NCBI GenBank assembly: GCA_973895155.1
Contig: OZ316895.1
Location: 2,281,659-2,345,658 of the forward strand
Reading direction: 5' to 3'
Origin: Marsupella aquatica
Taxonomy: Eukaryota > Plantae > Marchantiophyta
Length of the DNA stretch: 64,000 bases
How positions within the stretch are numbered: the stretch's first letter is position 1; every line of letters begins with the position of its first letter. Both the position numbers and the translations under genes were made by a program. The notes beneath the pieces were generated by a model that was not told where the DNA came from, ran no database searches, and saw only the letters and a list, made by a program, of their open reading frames with translations. Shown here piece after piece: positions 38,240-48,899 of the stretch.

Positions 38240-39195
38240 GAGTTAAATCTACGTCAAGTTAATGTTCCCCCACTTTCCCAGGGTGTCGTACACTGCCCGT
38301 CCCAGTCCCCGATGTTGTTGCCCGCTCCGGCCCAAGTTTGGCAGAACATAAACCAATACTCTACCATTTTGTCACGCGCTCCGGTTCAATAAACTTTGGG
38401 TCATCGACTTTGGGTTTATGTCTTGGCACTTTCGCTCGCTCCGGCCCGATGACTTAAGTTTGTGTCATCGATTTCTTCCTTGTGGAGTCTTGGTTTATGT
38501 TCTGGCAACACTTTTTTCCAACAAAGTCTAAGTGTTCAGGACAAACCTAGTACTTTGGATAAGAGTCATGATTTATAGAGTCTTGGTTTATGTTGTGCCA
38601 AATACTGATTCTCTATGGAGTTGTGATTAATGTTTTGGCAAGGGAGTCATGCTTGTTTGGTAAGAGAGTCTAAGTGTTTAGGCACAACCTAGTATTTTGG
38701 TTAAGAGTCATGATTCTAGAGTCTTGGTAGATGTTTTGTCAAATACTTCTTCTCAATGGAGTCAGGGTTTATGTTCTGGCAACACTTCTTTCCAATGGAG
38801 TCATACCTATTTTGTAATAGAGTCTAAGTCTTCAAAGGGAGCCTAATACTTTGGTTGAGAGTCATGATTGATAGAGTCTTGGTTTATGTTATGCCAAATA
38901 CTTATTCTCTATGGAGTGGTGGTTTATGTTTTGGTAACACTTCTTTCCAAAAAGTTGATGGCACAAAGTCAATCGGGCCGGAGTGGCCGACAAAAAGTTC
39001 TGGGTGCCAAAACATTAACCTGAAGTCGATGGCGCAGAGTTGATCGGGCCGGAGCGCATGAGTTAAATCTCAGAGTATTGGTTTATGTTCTGCCAAACTT
39101 GGCCCGGAGCGGGGCAGCAACATTGGGGACTGGGACGGGCAGTGTACGGCGCCCCATGAAATTGGGGGAGCATTAACTTGACGTAGATTTAACTC
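38240..39195. mobile_element. Non-autonomous TIR (MITE/foldback-like) element with ~120-bp inverted arms and internal repeats
   Basis: 38240-38362 is an imperfect reverse complement of 39072-39195. Inner termini TA|CACTGCCCGTCCC (38291) and GGGACGGGCAGTG|TA (39144). An internal GAGTCTTGGTTTATGTT-like motif recurs many times. Confidence 0.8.
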
Positions 39196-40021
39196 AAGGA
39201 GGGTTTCATGACGTAACCACTCTCCTGAAGCACTACGGTAGTCCCGTGCGCAATTGCACTTCCTCGGGTAGCCCCCTTATTAGCATGAATTGCACGCATC
39301 CTGTTGTTGTTGATGTCCTTTCGGATTTGCACGAGGTGAGCGAATGGCTGTGGAGTAAAACCAGCGGAGACTCTCACCAAACCAGCGGAGACTCTCACCA
39401 ATTCTAGAAATGCAGTGGCGTTGAGAGAGGGTGGAGATCCATCGGCCTTCCTTCACTGATAGACTCCATCGGCCTTCCTTCACTGACTTGACGCCAAAGG
39501 TCCGTAGGGAATGTGATTTCCAACTTCGCAAACTCGTAATCTGGTTGGTAACCAAATACCAGCGGCCTTGTAGTATATCTTCGTGCACTAGCTCTGTCTA
39601 AATCGTGTGGGCAGCAAGTTGACTCCACTGTGTCGTGTCCGATCTCTCATGCGAGCAGCTGGGGTGGCCGTGGTGACCTCGTAACTTGAACCTCAGTTGC
39701 GGGAGGCGACCCATCTGGTGGCGGTGAAGCTTTGTTTTGACACTCCTCTGCTCTTAGAAAATTGTGGTTGACCGTCAGTCATGTATTGTCTGGAATTAGA
39801 TCGGGGTGTTGACTGAGATATTCGGTGTAAAAAGGCCATCATTGTGACCTTGTGTCCCTGACATTTCGAGTTTGTAAGGATGACGGGTTCGGGAGTCAAG
39901 TAAGAATGAGTCTATCACTATATTGAGTGAGATTTTCGGCCGTCAGTAGATAGGCTGCCAATAGAAGTTTGTTCTCATGTGAAGGGACCATTCATGTTTG
40001 AGTTGATTTCAGCTTAGCGAG

Positions 40022-41341
40022 ATGAGTACAGGCGGTGTACGCACCCGGGTTGGCAAGTATGAGATTGGCCGCACAATAGGTGCGGGAAAGTTTGCCAAAG
40101 TAAAGCTCGGGAAAAATCTCCACACTGGGGAGAGTGTGGCCATTAAAGTTGTCGACAAGGAAAAAGTATTGAAGCCTAGAATGATGGAGCAGATAAAGAG
40201 GGAGATTTCAACGATGAAGTTGGTACGGCATCCGAATATTGTCCAAATTCTGGAGGTTCTGGCAAGCAAGACAAAAGTTTACATCGTGCTTGAATTGGTC
40301 ACTGGTGGAGAACTCTTTGATAAAATCGCTCAAGGTCGTTTGAAAGAGGATGAAGCCAGGAGGTATTTTCAACAACTTATAAATGCGATTGATTATTGCC
40401 ACAGTCGTGGTGTGTACCACAGGGACCTGAAGCCGGAAAACTTACTCCTTGACTCGAGTGGGAGCTTGAAAATATCTGATTTTGGGCTAAGCTCACGGCC
40501 ACAGCCATCCAGAGAGGATGGGCTGCTACGCACCAAATGTGGCACACCCAATTATGTTGCGCCAGAGGTCATCAAAGACAGGGGTTACGATGGGGAATCT
40601 GCTGATTTGTGGTCCTGTGGAGTGATTCTTTTTGTGTTGATGGCGGGGTACCTACCGTTTGATGAGGATAATCTAATGACGCTTTACAAAAAAATCTGTC
40701 GAGCTGAATTCACATGTCCTCCGTGGTTTTCTTACGGGGCTCGAAGTTTGATTTTGAGAATGCTTGACCCGAACCCTAAAACCCGCATCTCCGTGCCCCA
40801 GATTCTTGAGAATGCATGGTTCAAGGAAGGTTATGAGCGGGCAAAGTTTAAAGAAGAGGATACTGACTTAGCAGATATTGATGCAGTTTTCAACAGCTCC
40901 CAAGAGAACCTGGTGCAAGAGAGGCAAGAGACAAAACCAGTGGTGATGAACGCATTTGAGCTTATCTCCTTATCACGAGGTCTCAACCTTTCTGGGCTGT
41001 TTGAAGAAGAGTCTAATATGGTGAAACGGGAAACTAGATTTACATCAACACATTCTGCGAATGAAATTGTGACCAAGATTGAGGAAGCTGCAAGGCCCCT
41101 TGGCTTCAATGTGCAGAAACGGAATTACAAGATGAAACTTAAAGGAGACAAGCAAGGCAGAAAGGGGCACATTTCAGTTGCAACAGAGATCTTTGAGGTG
41201 GCCCCCTCTCTTTTCATGGTAGAGCTTCGCAAGGCTGGTGGTGACACCCTGGAATATCATAAGATCTACAGAAAATTGAAGAATGGTATCAAGGATATTG
41301 TATGGAAATCAGTGGTGGACGTGTCGGGGAATAGCAAGTAA
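40022..41341 (+). CDS. CIPK: CBL-interacting serine/threonine protein kinase (SnRK3/CIPK), intronless
   Basis: Kinase motifs GAGKFAKV, VAIK, HRDLKPEN, DFG, CGTPNYVAPE. NAF motif MNAFELISLSRGLNLSGLFE and a C-terminal KRETRFTS...EIFEVAPSLFMVELRKAGGDTLEY region. Confidence 0.95.
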   Translation: MSTGGVRTRVGKYEIGRTIGAGKFAKVKLGKNLHTGESVAIKVVDKEKVLKPRMMEQIKREISTMKLVRHPNIVQILEVLASKTKVYIVLELVTGGELFDKIAQGRLKEDEARRYFQQLINAIDYCHSRGVYHRDLKPENLLLDSSGSLKISDFGLSSRPQPSREDGLLRTKCGTPNYVAPEVIKDRGYDGESADLWSCGVILFVLMAGYLPFDEDNLMTLYKKICRAEFTCPPWFSYGARSLILRMLDPNPKTRISVPQILENAWFKEGYERAKFKEEDTDLADIDAVFNSSQENLVQERQETKPVVMNAFELISLSRGLNLSGLFEEESNMVKRETRFTSTHSANEIVTKIEEAARPLGFNVQKRNYKMKLKGDKQGRKGHISVATEIFEVAPSLFMVELRKAGGDTLEYHKIYRKLKNGIKDIVWKSVVDVSGNSK

Positions 41342-43061
41342 ATCACCCGGACCGCTTTGGAGGTCAAGTAAGTCCTTCAAAAATGTTGGTGACGAGCTGA
41401 AGGCGGGCAAAAGTAGTGATAAGAGTTGTCTTCTACCAAAACCTGACGCCTCCGTTGCTGTGTCAATTCGTTCATACTCTTCGATGGAGTGTAGTTGAAA
41501 TGAAATTATCACTTTGTAATTTGTCAGTTCAACATCAACCAAAGAGTGTGTTAAGCTTTACTAGGGTATTAGAGACTGTATATTAGAAGCTGCTGTCAGT
41601 GAAGTTGGAATTTTCTTCCAAATGCAGACTTATACTGTATTTTCTTTTTCAAAAAGTAGCCCATTGCTAAACGCTCACAAGAGATGTTACGCACTCGAAG
41701 GAAATTCAAATCTTCTTTCTCTTACGAGAGAGTTTGCAGAATTGCGTAATTTAGCGGGTGCTTACTTCGAAAATAAGTTCCCCCTGTACTCTACATCCTT
41801 TCGACATGTTCCAAACTTGTTCTTCGTGCTTTTGCTAATCTATGAAGAGATGTACGTAGTTCACATCATAGTTCTTGACTCAAAATAGATTTACTTTTCT
41901 GTGCGATTTGGGACACCAGAGGTACATGTTTGAGTTTCAGCACAGTTATCAGACAAGGCACAAATATTTCTATATATTAAAGGTATTTTGGAGGGAGGCA
42001 TTTGCTCCCACTAAACTTGCCTGTTCAAGTGCAAAGGTAAATACGACCCGACTTCGCAGTCGAGCTTTGCAAACCACAACGCAGCAGGACTGCAAAAGGG
42101 TATTGGATTCTAGTTAGCCAACTAGAAACTCGGTGTGAGTAACGAACTTGTGATTGGAGAGGGGAGGACAAGTCGTGCTGGTCTGGCGGAGCATCTGGTC
42201 GTTGAATCCTTCATTTTGTTGTAATACGTCTCTGGTTTTGTAGATGCAGGCTAGAGTACGTTTTCAGTATAGTTGTTCGAAGGAATTTCCTGCTCGCAGT
42301 TCAGAAAGAGATTGACCGCATTGAATTCTCATTGGACCTCTTGCTCATAATATGCTTTTCATTGTTCGGTCTCTCTTAATTATTCCCTATTTTTTTCGTC
42401 TCTTGTCTTTCTTCGAATTCGGATTGCTGAGAAACAATTGTAATGTGACTTGTTGCGTATGAGCATAAGTGATTAATGAACTACAGATTCAACGCTTGCT
42501 GTCACACATTTTATTTTCCTTCCCATCATTTTGCATGATCTCTGGTGCATGAAAAATCTTTCCATTAGACGAGTCGCTCAGTCCAACAATGAAGGATTGT
42601 GATTCAGTTCTTTCCTAGAGCTGGTCATGAACTATTTCTATTGAAAACAAGGACTCGGATAAAGCACATACATATATTTCTGTTGATTTAACATGGGGCC
42701 TTACTGTTTGTTGGTCAATTGTACTCGGGCTTACGGGTCTCTCTTGATCGGTGAATTCTTTTGAGCCCCTGCTCTTAACAGGTCTGAGGGTACAGTGAAC
42801 GGAGCAGGTAGAAAATAGCGACTAAAACTCCTACTTGAGAACCTACTACCTGAGAGTAATCTGACTATTTCCGTACACTCGTGAGGTGAAGAAGAGCTGA
42901 TTTGGTTTGACATTGAATCGCCTGTGACTAAACGAATGGTTCTTATGTAGAGGTCGACTCAAATGAGTTTCTAGGCAATGGACAGCGTAAAATTCTGCTT
43001 CACTGGTCACTTTTATAGTTTTGAGTAGACATTGGACATCCACCAATACCTGAGAGTTATT

Positions 43062-43705
43062 CCCCATGATGGGTAGGACCTGCGCTGATGCCCAGTCGCT
43101 CGCAAACGGGGCACCATTCTTGCCTAGGCTCGCTTAGGTGCCTGGGGCGGTGGGGTCTTGATGGCAAATCGCGCGTAGGAGCAAATTCAACGCGAGTTGC
43201 TGAACCTCAGCAGAGAGGTCGGCTTCTTGCCCTCGGCGATGTCGTTCTCCAAGGCAGCGCAGGCCTGCTCGAAGCAATCGTGAAATGCCGCGATGAAATT
43301 CTCGCCATTGCAGGCGATGAGGTCGAAGCACCACTGCTTGAGCTTCGTATGGCAGTCCTCACTGGGATCTAAGTAGGGGCACACACGGAACCCGGAAGTG
43401 AAGCTCGTGCTCGGCATGTATGTCCCCAAGAACACGTCCCTCTTCTCCACCTTGCTCAAGTGGAACACGGTCGGGAAGCTCTTCTGATCTAGGAGGCAGA
43501 TGACTCGAGAGTGCGGCGAGAGGCGACCGGGCGGCATGTTGACTCAAAACAAAGTGCTCTTGTACTTCTCTATGCGGCTGCGGTAGAATTTCTCTTCCCC
43601 CTGGAACCAGAAGTAGTCCAGGCGATCCTTCACTGCGCCGTAGAATGGTATACCATAGTCTCCGGGAATGGGAGGCAGGGGCAGAGTGGACGCGGGAGCT
43701 TCCAT
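43062..43705 (-). pseudogene. Truncated CYP74 (allene oxide synthase / hydroperoxide lyase family) pseudogene
   Basis: IPGDYGIPFYGAVKDRLDYFWFQG..YKSTLF*VNMPPG..ICLLDQKSFP..KVEKRDVFLGTYMPS..RVCPYLDPSE. In-frame TGA at 43546-43544, a frameshift near 43225, a further stop at 43134, and no heme-binding C-terminal half. Confidence 0.88.
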
Positions 43706-45171
43706 TCTTGCAGCCCACAGGAGAGGCACTTATAGTGTTGCTAAGAAGCGTTTCAAAGGCATTTCAAACAAATTACATTACAAACATTGTTATAAAACAT
43801 GTAGTGCAAAACTCTGAAGTGCACAAACAATAAACAAGTCCTTCATTCTCGAGGCAATCCAATAGCATGAAGGTGGGTACAAAGGGAATTACGTGACACA
43901 GTTCCACTCAGCACATGTTGTTCGACAAGCCGCCTCACAGCTGGCTTCCCTTCCTTCTGGAACCAATTGGTGTGATTTTAAACTCAGTGATTCTTGTTCT
44001 TGCACTGTCCCGGGTTGAGACTCGGATCTAGATTGACGGTCATGGAAGAGATTTGGACCTGCATAGGCCGGGGCAGGAAGACTGGCACGAAATTGCAAAT
44101 TCCGTATTGCACTTCGACGATGTATTCAAATTCAAATTCTGTATTGCACTTAGACATAATTATTCGCATGAAACGATTGTGAATTGTTCAATGCTCGAGC
44201 CTCCCAGACATAATTATGTCGTAGGGCTCCTTGTGATACACGCACCTTCTCACCGATACAGCTCCCAAAATTGCACGTTTCAGGTACGCCTTGTTCATAA
44301 ACTCTCTATATTCATGAGGGATACCTCTGAGAGCGGTACCTAGGCCATCGCTAGGTGCAGGATAATAAATTTTCAAGGGGTTTCTTTTTCGCCACTGGGA
44401 AATGACCCCATGTGCGAAAATTATTTTGTCGAGGAGTAGACAAGACAAGCACTCTTGTACAACGAATTGTGGTCATTTTTTCCTCCTTTTACAGTCCAGA
44501 TTTTATCGCCAAGGGAACAAAAAGAAGACATTGGCCCCTCATGTCTTCCAAAGACACCCTAAGTAAGGGAATAAAAGGAAGAAACTTGCCCCCCAAAGTC
44601 GTCTAACGACACCCGAAGTGCATTCTGTCGTTACTTATAACAGGGAATAACAAGAAGAGAGTGGCCCCTATGTCTTGTAAAGACACCCTAAGTACATTCT
44701 GTCGTTAATTAAAAAAGCGAGCGCGAATGCCATGAGTCCATTAGAGCCTGACGTTCGAGGAGGGACAGGGCAAGGTCAAAAGATTCTTTGGTACCCCTTT
44801 TTTAGTTTTATTGTTGCCAAATACGTACTTGGATGACTTGATAGTTGCCTAATGGTTTGAGCTTGCTCATGTGGAAGGTGTACAAGCTCTCCTGTCTAAT
44901 AAAATGCTATTCCAGTTAACTAAACTTTTCACTTGATAGATGTATAACATCAGAGCATGCAAAGACAGTCTTTTCAGCTGAAAAGTCACATTAGTGTTAC
45001 ACATATGACACATGCGACACAAAGGTATCCTTATATTCAAAATATCTAATGGTTCGAAATTTAGTGAACAACAAGGTTTTTCACATAATTTCTACACGTA
45101 CGAACCTCTCTGACTGGACCTGTAATCACCAAGTCATGCCGAAATAGAAAGTATTTAAGATGTCTATTCCC

Positions 45172-47128
45172 TCATTGAACTAACTTGTAGGCCTGAGAGT
45201 TGTCGACATTCAATGAATTCACTAGGCCGTCTACAAAAGAGTTGTCGCACTTCAACGAATTCACTAGCCCATCGACAAGCACTTTATGTGCTGTCTCCTT
45301 TTCCACTGCATCCTTCGACAAAGTTTTGGGAGGAACAGGGTAAATACCTGTAAAGCAGGCATAGCAAAAGTTGGGGGAATCTACACCCAACATGCTGTTC
45401 AACCTCTCCAGAGGAAGAAATGCAAGAGAGTCTGCTCCTATATACTCTCTGGTCTCTTCCACGTTGAGCCGGTAAGAAATCAGCTCTTCCTTTGAAGGTG
45501 TGTCGACTCCGTAGTAGCACGACCCTGTGATGGGAGGGCTGGCAATTCTCAAGTGCACTTCTGTGGCTCCAGCTTCCTTGATCAGCCTCACGATTTTTGA
45601 AGAAGTGGTTCCTCTTACTATGGAATCATCCACCACAACAACACGCTTCCCTTTAAGAACAGCCTTCACTGGTGCCAGCTTCAATTTTACTCCGAAATCT
45701 CTAATTTTCTGGGATGGCTCGATGAATGTGCGACCCACATAGTGTGATCTGATAAGACCCTGCTGAAAAGGCACCCCGGCCTTAGCAGCATACCCAAGGG
45801 CAGCCACAACTCCGGAGTCTGGGACTGCAATTACCACATCGCACTCCACAGGAGATTCGGAGGCCAAAATCTCCCCAATCCTGTACCGAGATTGATAGAC
45901 GGAGAGGCCGAAGACAATTGAGTTTGGCAAGGCGAAGTAAATATGCTCAAAAATACAGGCCTTACGTTGTCGTTGAGGCATAAGGCACAGGGAGCTGATG
46001 CCCTCCTTGTCTACAACCACCACCTCACCCGGATTGATCTCCCGCTCATAAGTAGCTTCAATCAAGTCCAGAGCGCAAGTCTCTGAAGCAAACACAACGG
46101 CACCATTGCTGCGGCGTCCCATGACAAGAGGGCGGAATCCGTATGGGTCTCGCACAGCCACGAGCTTGTCTTCGGTAAGGAAAACCATGGAGTACGCTCC
46201 CTCCAGCTGTTGGCATGCATCTACCAGGCGGGCAATGAATGGGCGGGCTTTGGAGATGGCGATGAGATGAAGCACAACCTCGGTATCAGAGGAGGTGTTA
46301 AAAATGGAGCCGTCCTCTTCTAGCATGGCCCTCAGCTCGTTGTAATTCACGAGGTTTCCGTTGTGCGCAACACCGACAGACCCAAACCTGTACCCCGCGA
46401 CGAAGGGCTGCACGTTCTTCAGGACAGACTCACCTGCGGTTGCATACCTCACATGACCCACTGCTGAGTTCCCAGTCAACTTGCTTAGAGCCGTTTGGTT
46501 GAATACCTCTGACACTAAGCCCATTCCTGTCACAGAGTTGAGAGAGCCATCATTGCAAGCAACAATTCCTGCACCTTCTTGTCCACGGTGTTGAAGAGCA
46601 TGCAATGACAGATAGCATAGCCGGCTAGCTTCCGAGTCTCCAAAAATTCCCACCACACCGCACTCCTCTCTGAGCATGTCTCCGTCTCCATCTTCATCTC
46701 CGTCTTCTTCATCACTGCTCCTCCTTCCAAACCATTTCTCCATTGGATTGTCATTGAAATTACCTGGATCACCCTCAATTCGCTTAACCAAAGCATTTCT
46801 CCAAACAGGAATAGCAGATAGCGACGAAGGGAGACCCAACCTTCCTTCCAAAAATCGGTGGGGTTTAGGGTTTCAGAAGCTTACCTTCTCCGGAGGTCGT
46901 CGTGCTCTCCCAGCTGATCCGCTCTTTGTCACCTGCAGTTGCTTGCAAAGGAACGTCGGAGGAAGAAGAGCAACATCTGAGCTCATGAGCGAGGAAACCA
47001 AGTTGTTGATTGAGGTTCTTAGCACAACTCCTCATTGGGGTACCACCCGACAATTTTCTCCATTGCTGCCCCTTCCCGAGAGATGGGAAGGGGCTGCGGC
47101 AGGATCCAGGCAGTGCTGCGGCCGCCAT
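45172..47128 (-). CDS. purF: Plastid amidophosphoribosyltransferase (glutamine PRPP amidotransferase); likely exons 47128-46885 and 46763-45172
   Basis: Propeptide/catalytic Cys REE|CGVVG, LQHRGQE, GHVRY, HNGNLVN, PRPP loop VVVVDDSIVRGTTS, and Fe-S cysteines CIFE, CYYG, CYAC. The upstream MAAAALP transit-peptide ORF joins through a 121-bp phase-1 GTAAGC...CCAG intron (acceptor inferred). Confidence 0.9.
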
Positions 47129-47971
47129 GAAGAAGTACAACAGTGAGACAGAGTCGCGGGCAGCACTACTTCAAACCCCAAGCGAGCTAGCTCAACTTCC
47201 AAGCCCCTGTCTTGCCGAGCGGCGCATGGGGGTCATTTGGGAGGTTCCGCAAATAGTCAAACCAGTCGAAAAACAAATCGTTAGTCGCTCCCACATCGCC
47301 CCATCATAGGATTCTCAGCTGTTTCGGAACAGCTCGAGCTGCCGTTCAGAGCGAGTTCAGGGCTTTGCACTCGCCAGGCCCAGAACGAGTCCAACGAACT
47401 ACAAAACCCGGAAGAATTTGGCATCTTCGAGAGCTGTGTCTCCAGGTCTGATCTCCAAGCAACAATTCGAACCCAAGCGAGCTTATTCGTCAATCCTTTC
47501 TTGATGAAAATCGCACCAAATCTTCGTCACACGCTCAAATCTAAAGCCCAGACACAGCACTGTTCTCAGCTGCAGCAAAACGGTTGACTTCATTTCTGAG
47601 GAGGCGCATATCTATGAAGTTAGGGTTCCTGAGAATCGTGCACGTCCTGTCCGCCCTCGCCTCTGCCATTGTCGGTTCTCCTGGATTGTTATCGGAACTG
47701 TGGAGCCCCATGAATCTGCTGAGCACTCTGTGGTTCGCCCTAGCCTGGTTTCTGTCGGCGGGCCTTCTGGTTTTTCCCGCTGAATTCTATCTGAGGGAAT
47801 GAGACGAGAAAGAGACTCAACGCAGACGCACGCAACAAGAAAAAACGAGTGAGGCAAGCCACAGAAAAGATGGAGGGCTGTAATGTCTCCACCAGCCCAG
47901 TGGCTAGGAATGAATGAACTCTCAAGGCTCAAGCCCCACTCTCCATATCGAGGGTGATAGTGCCACATCTG

Positions 47972-48352
47972 AATGCCAGTTATTTGTTTGATGACACCCC
48001 AAAATGAAAATAGTAACTTGCTTAATGCCAGGTGTTTGCTTATCAGACCCCAAAACCCAAAATGAAAATAGTTATTTGTTTAATGTAGGTATTTGCTTGA
48101 TCAGACCCCAAAATGAAAAGAGTCCCTTGCTTAATGTCAGGTATTTGCTTGATCAGACTCCAAAATGAACAGAGTTACTTGCTTAATGCCAGGATTTGCT
48201 TGATGAGACCCCAAATTGAAAAAAGTTACTTGTTTAATTGGAGGTATTTGCTTGATGAGACCCCAAATTGAAAAGAGTTACTTGATTAGTTTGAAGTATT
48301 TGCTTACTGAGACCCCAAAATGAAAAGAGTTATTTGATAGGACCCCTGAAAA
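47972..48352. repeat. ~51-bp degenerate tandem array, about 7 copies
   Basis: Consensus approximately TAATGCCAGGTATTTGCTTGATCAGACCCCAAAATGAAAAGAGTTACTTGCT; no unique spacers. Confidence 0.9.
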
Positions 48353-48899
48353 TTGGGTTGTTTATTCAAGGTCTACTGAGTTCAATGAAGGGTTTGGATC
48401 ACTCATCAATTAACACTTTTTATTTTGGGATCCCATCAAGCAAATCTCTCTCTTTATGCCCAAGGTTATTTTTCTCATTTGTGTTTTGTAGGGCATACTT
48501 GGAGAAAAATGAATAAAGTCATCATGAAAATTCTCCTCTGATTTTAGTAGAGTAGAATTTTTAAAAAGTCTCGTAGGTTTTTTTGAGTGTATTAAACTCC
48601 TTTTATCAGAGAATTATCCACAATAATAGCCTCTCAGAATTATCTGTAACTTTTAGAACATTTATAAAGAAAATGCACTTGCACGCGTTTGGATAGGCTC
48701 GTGACAAAGCTTTATATTTATTTTTATAAAAACAAGTATATTTTTAAATCTTAGGTCTTTAATGTATTAATTGCCTGCTATCAGATTATTATGGCCAACA
48801 AAATGAACTTTTAGAAACATGAGCACAATCCACTCTAAACTTTACAGGAAGTCATTATATTCTTAATGAGATGCAAGGGATAAACATCTAAACACTCCA

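Noticed and set aside
37923-38392. ORFs with 18-aa repeats on both strands
   Set aside because: By-products of the 54-bp minisatellite.
46764-46851. TTG start of the 559-aa purF ORF
   Set aside because: A non-ATG start is unlikely for this nuclear gene; the segment is better explained as intron.
47972-48352. Possible CRISPR array
   Set aside because: Units are contiguous degenerate copies with no unique spacers, there are no cas genes, and the context is eukaryotic.
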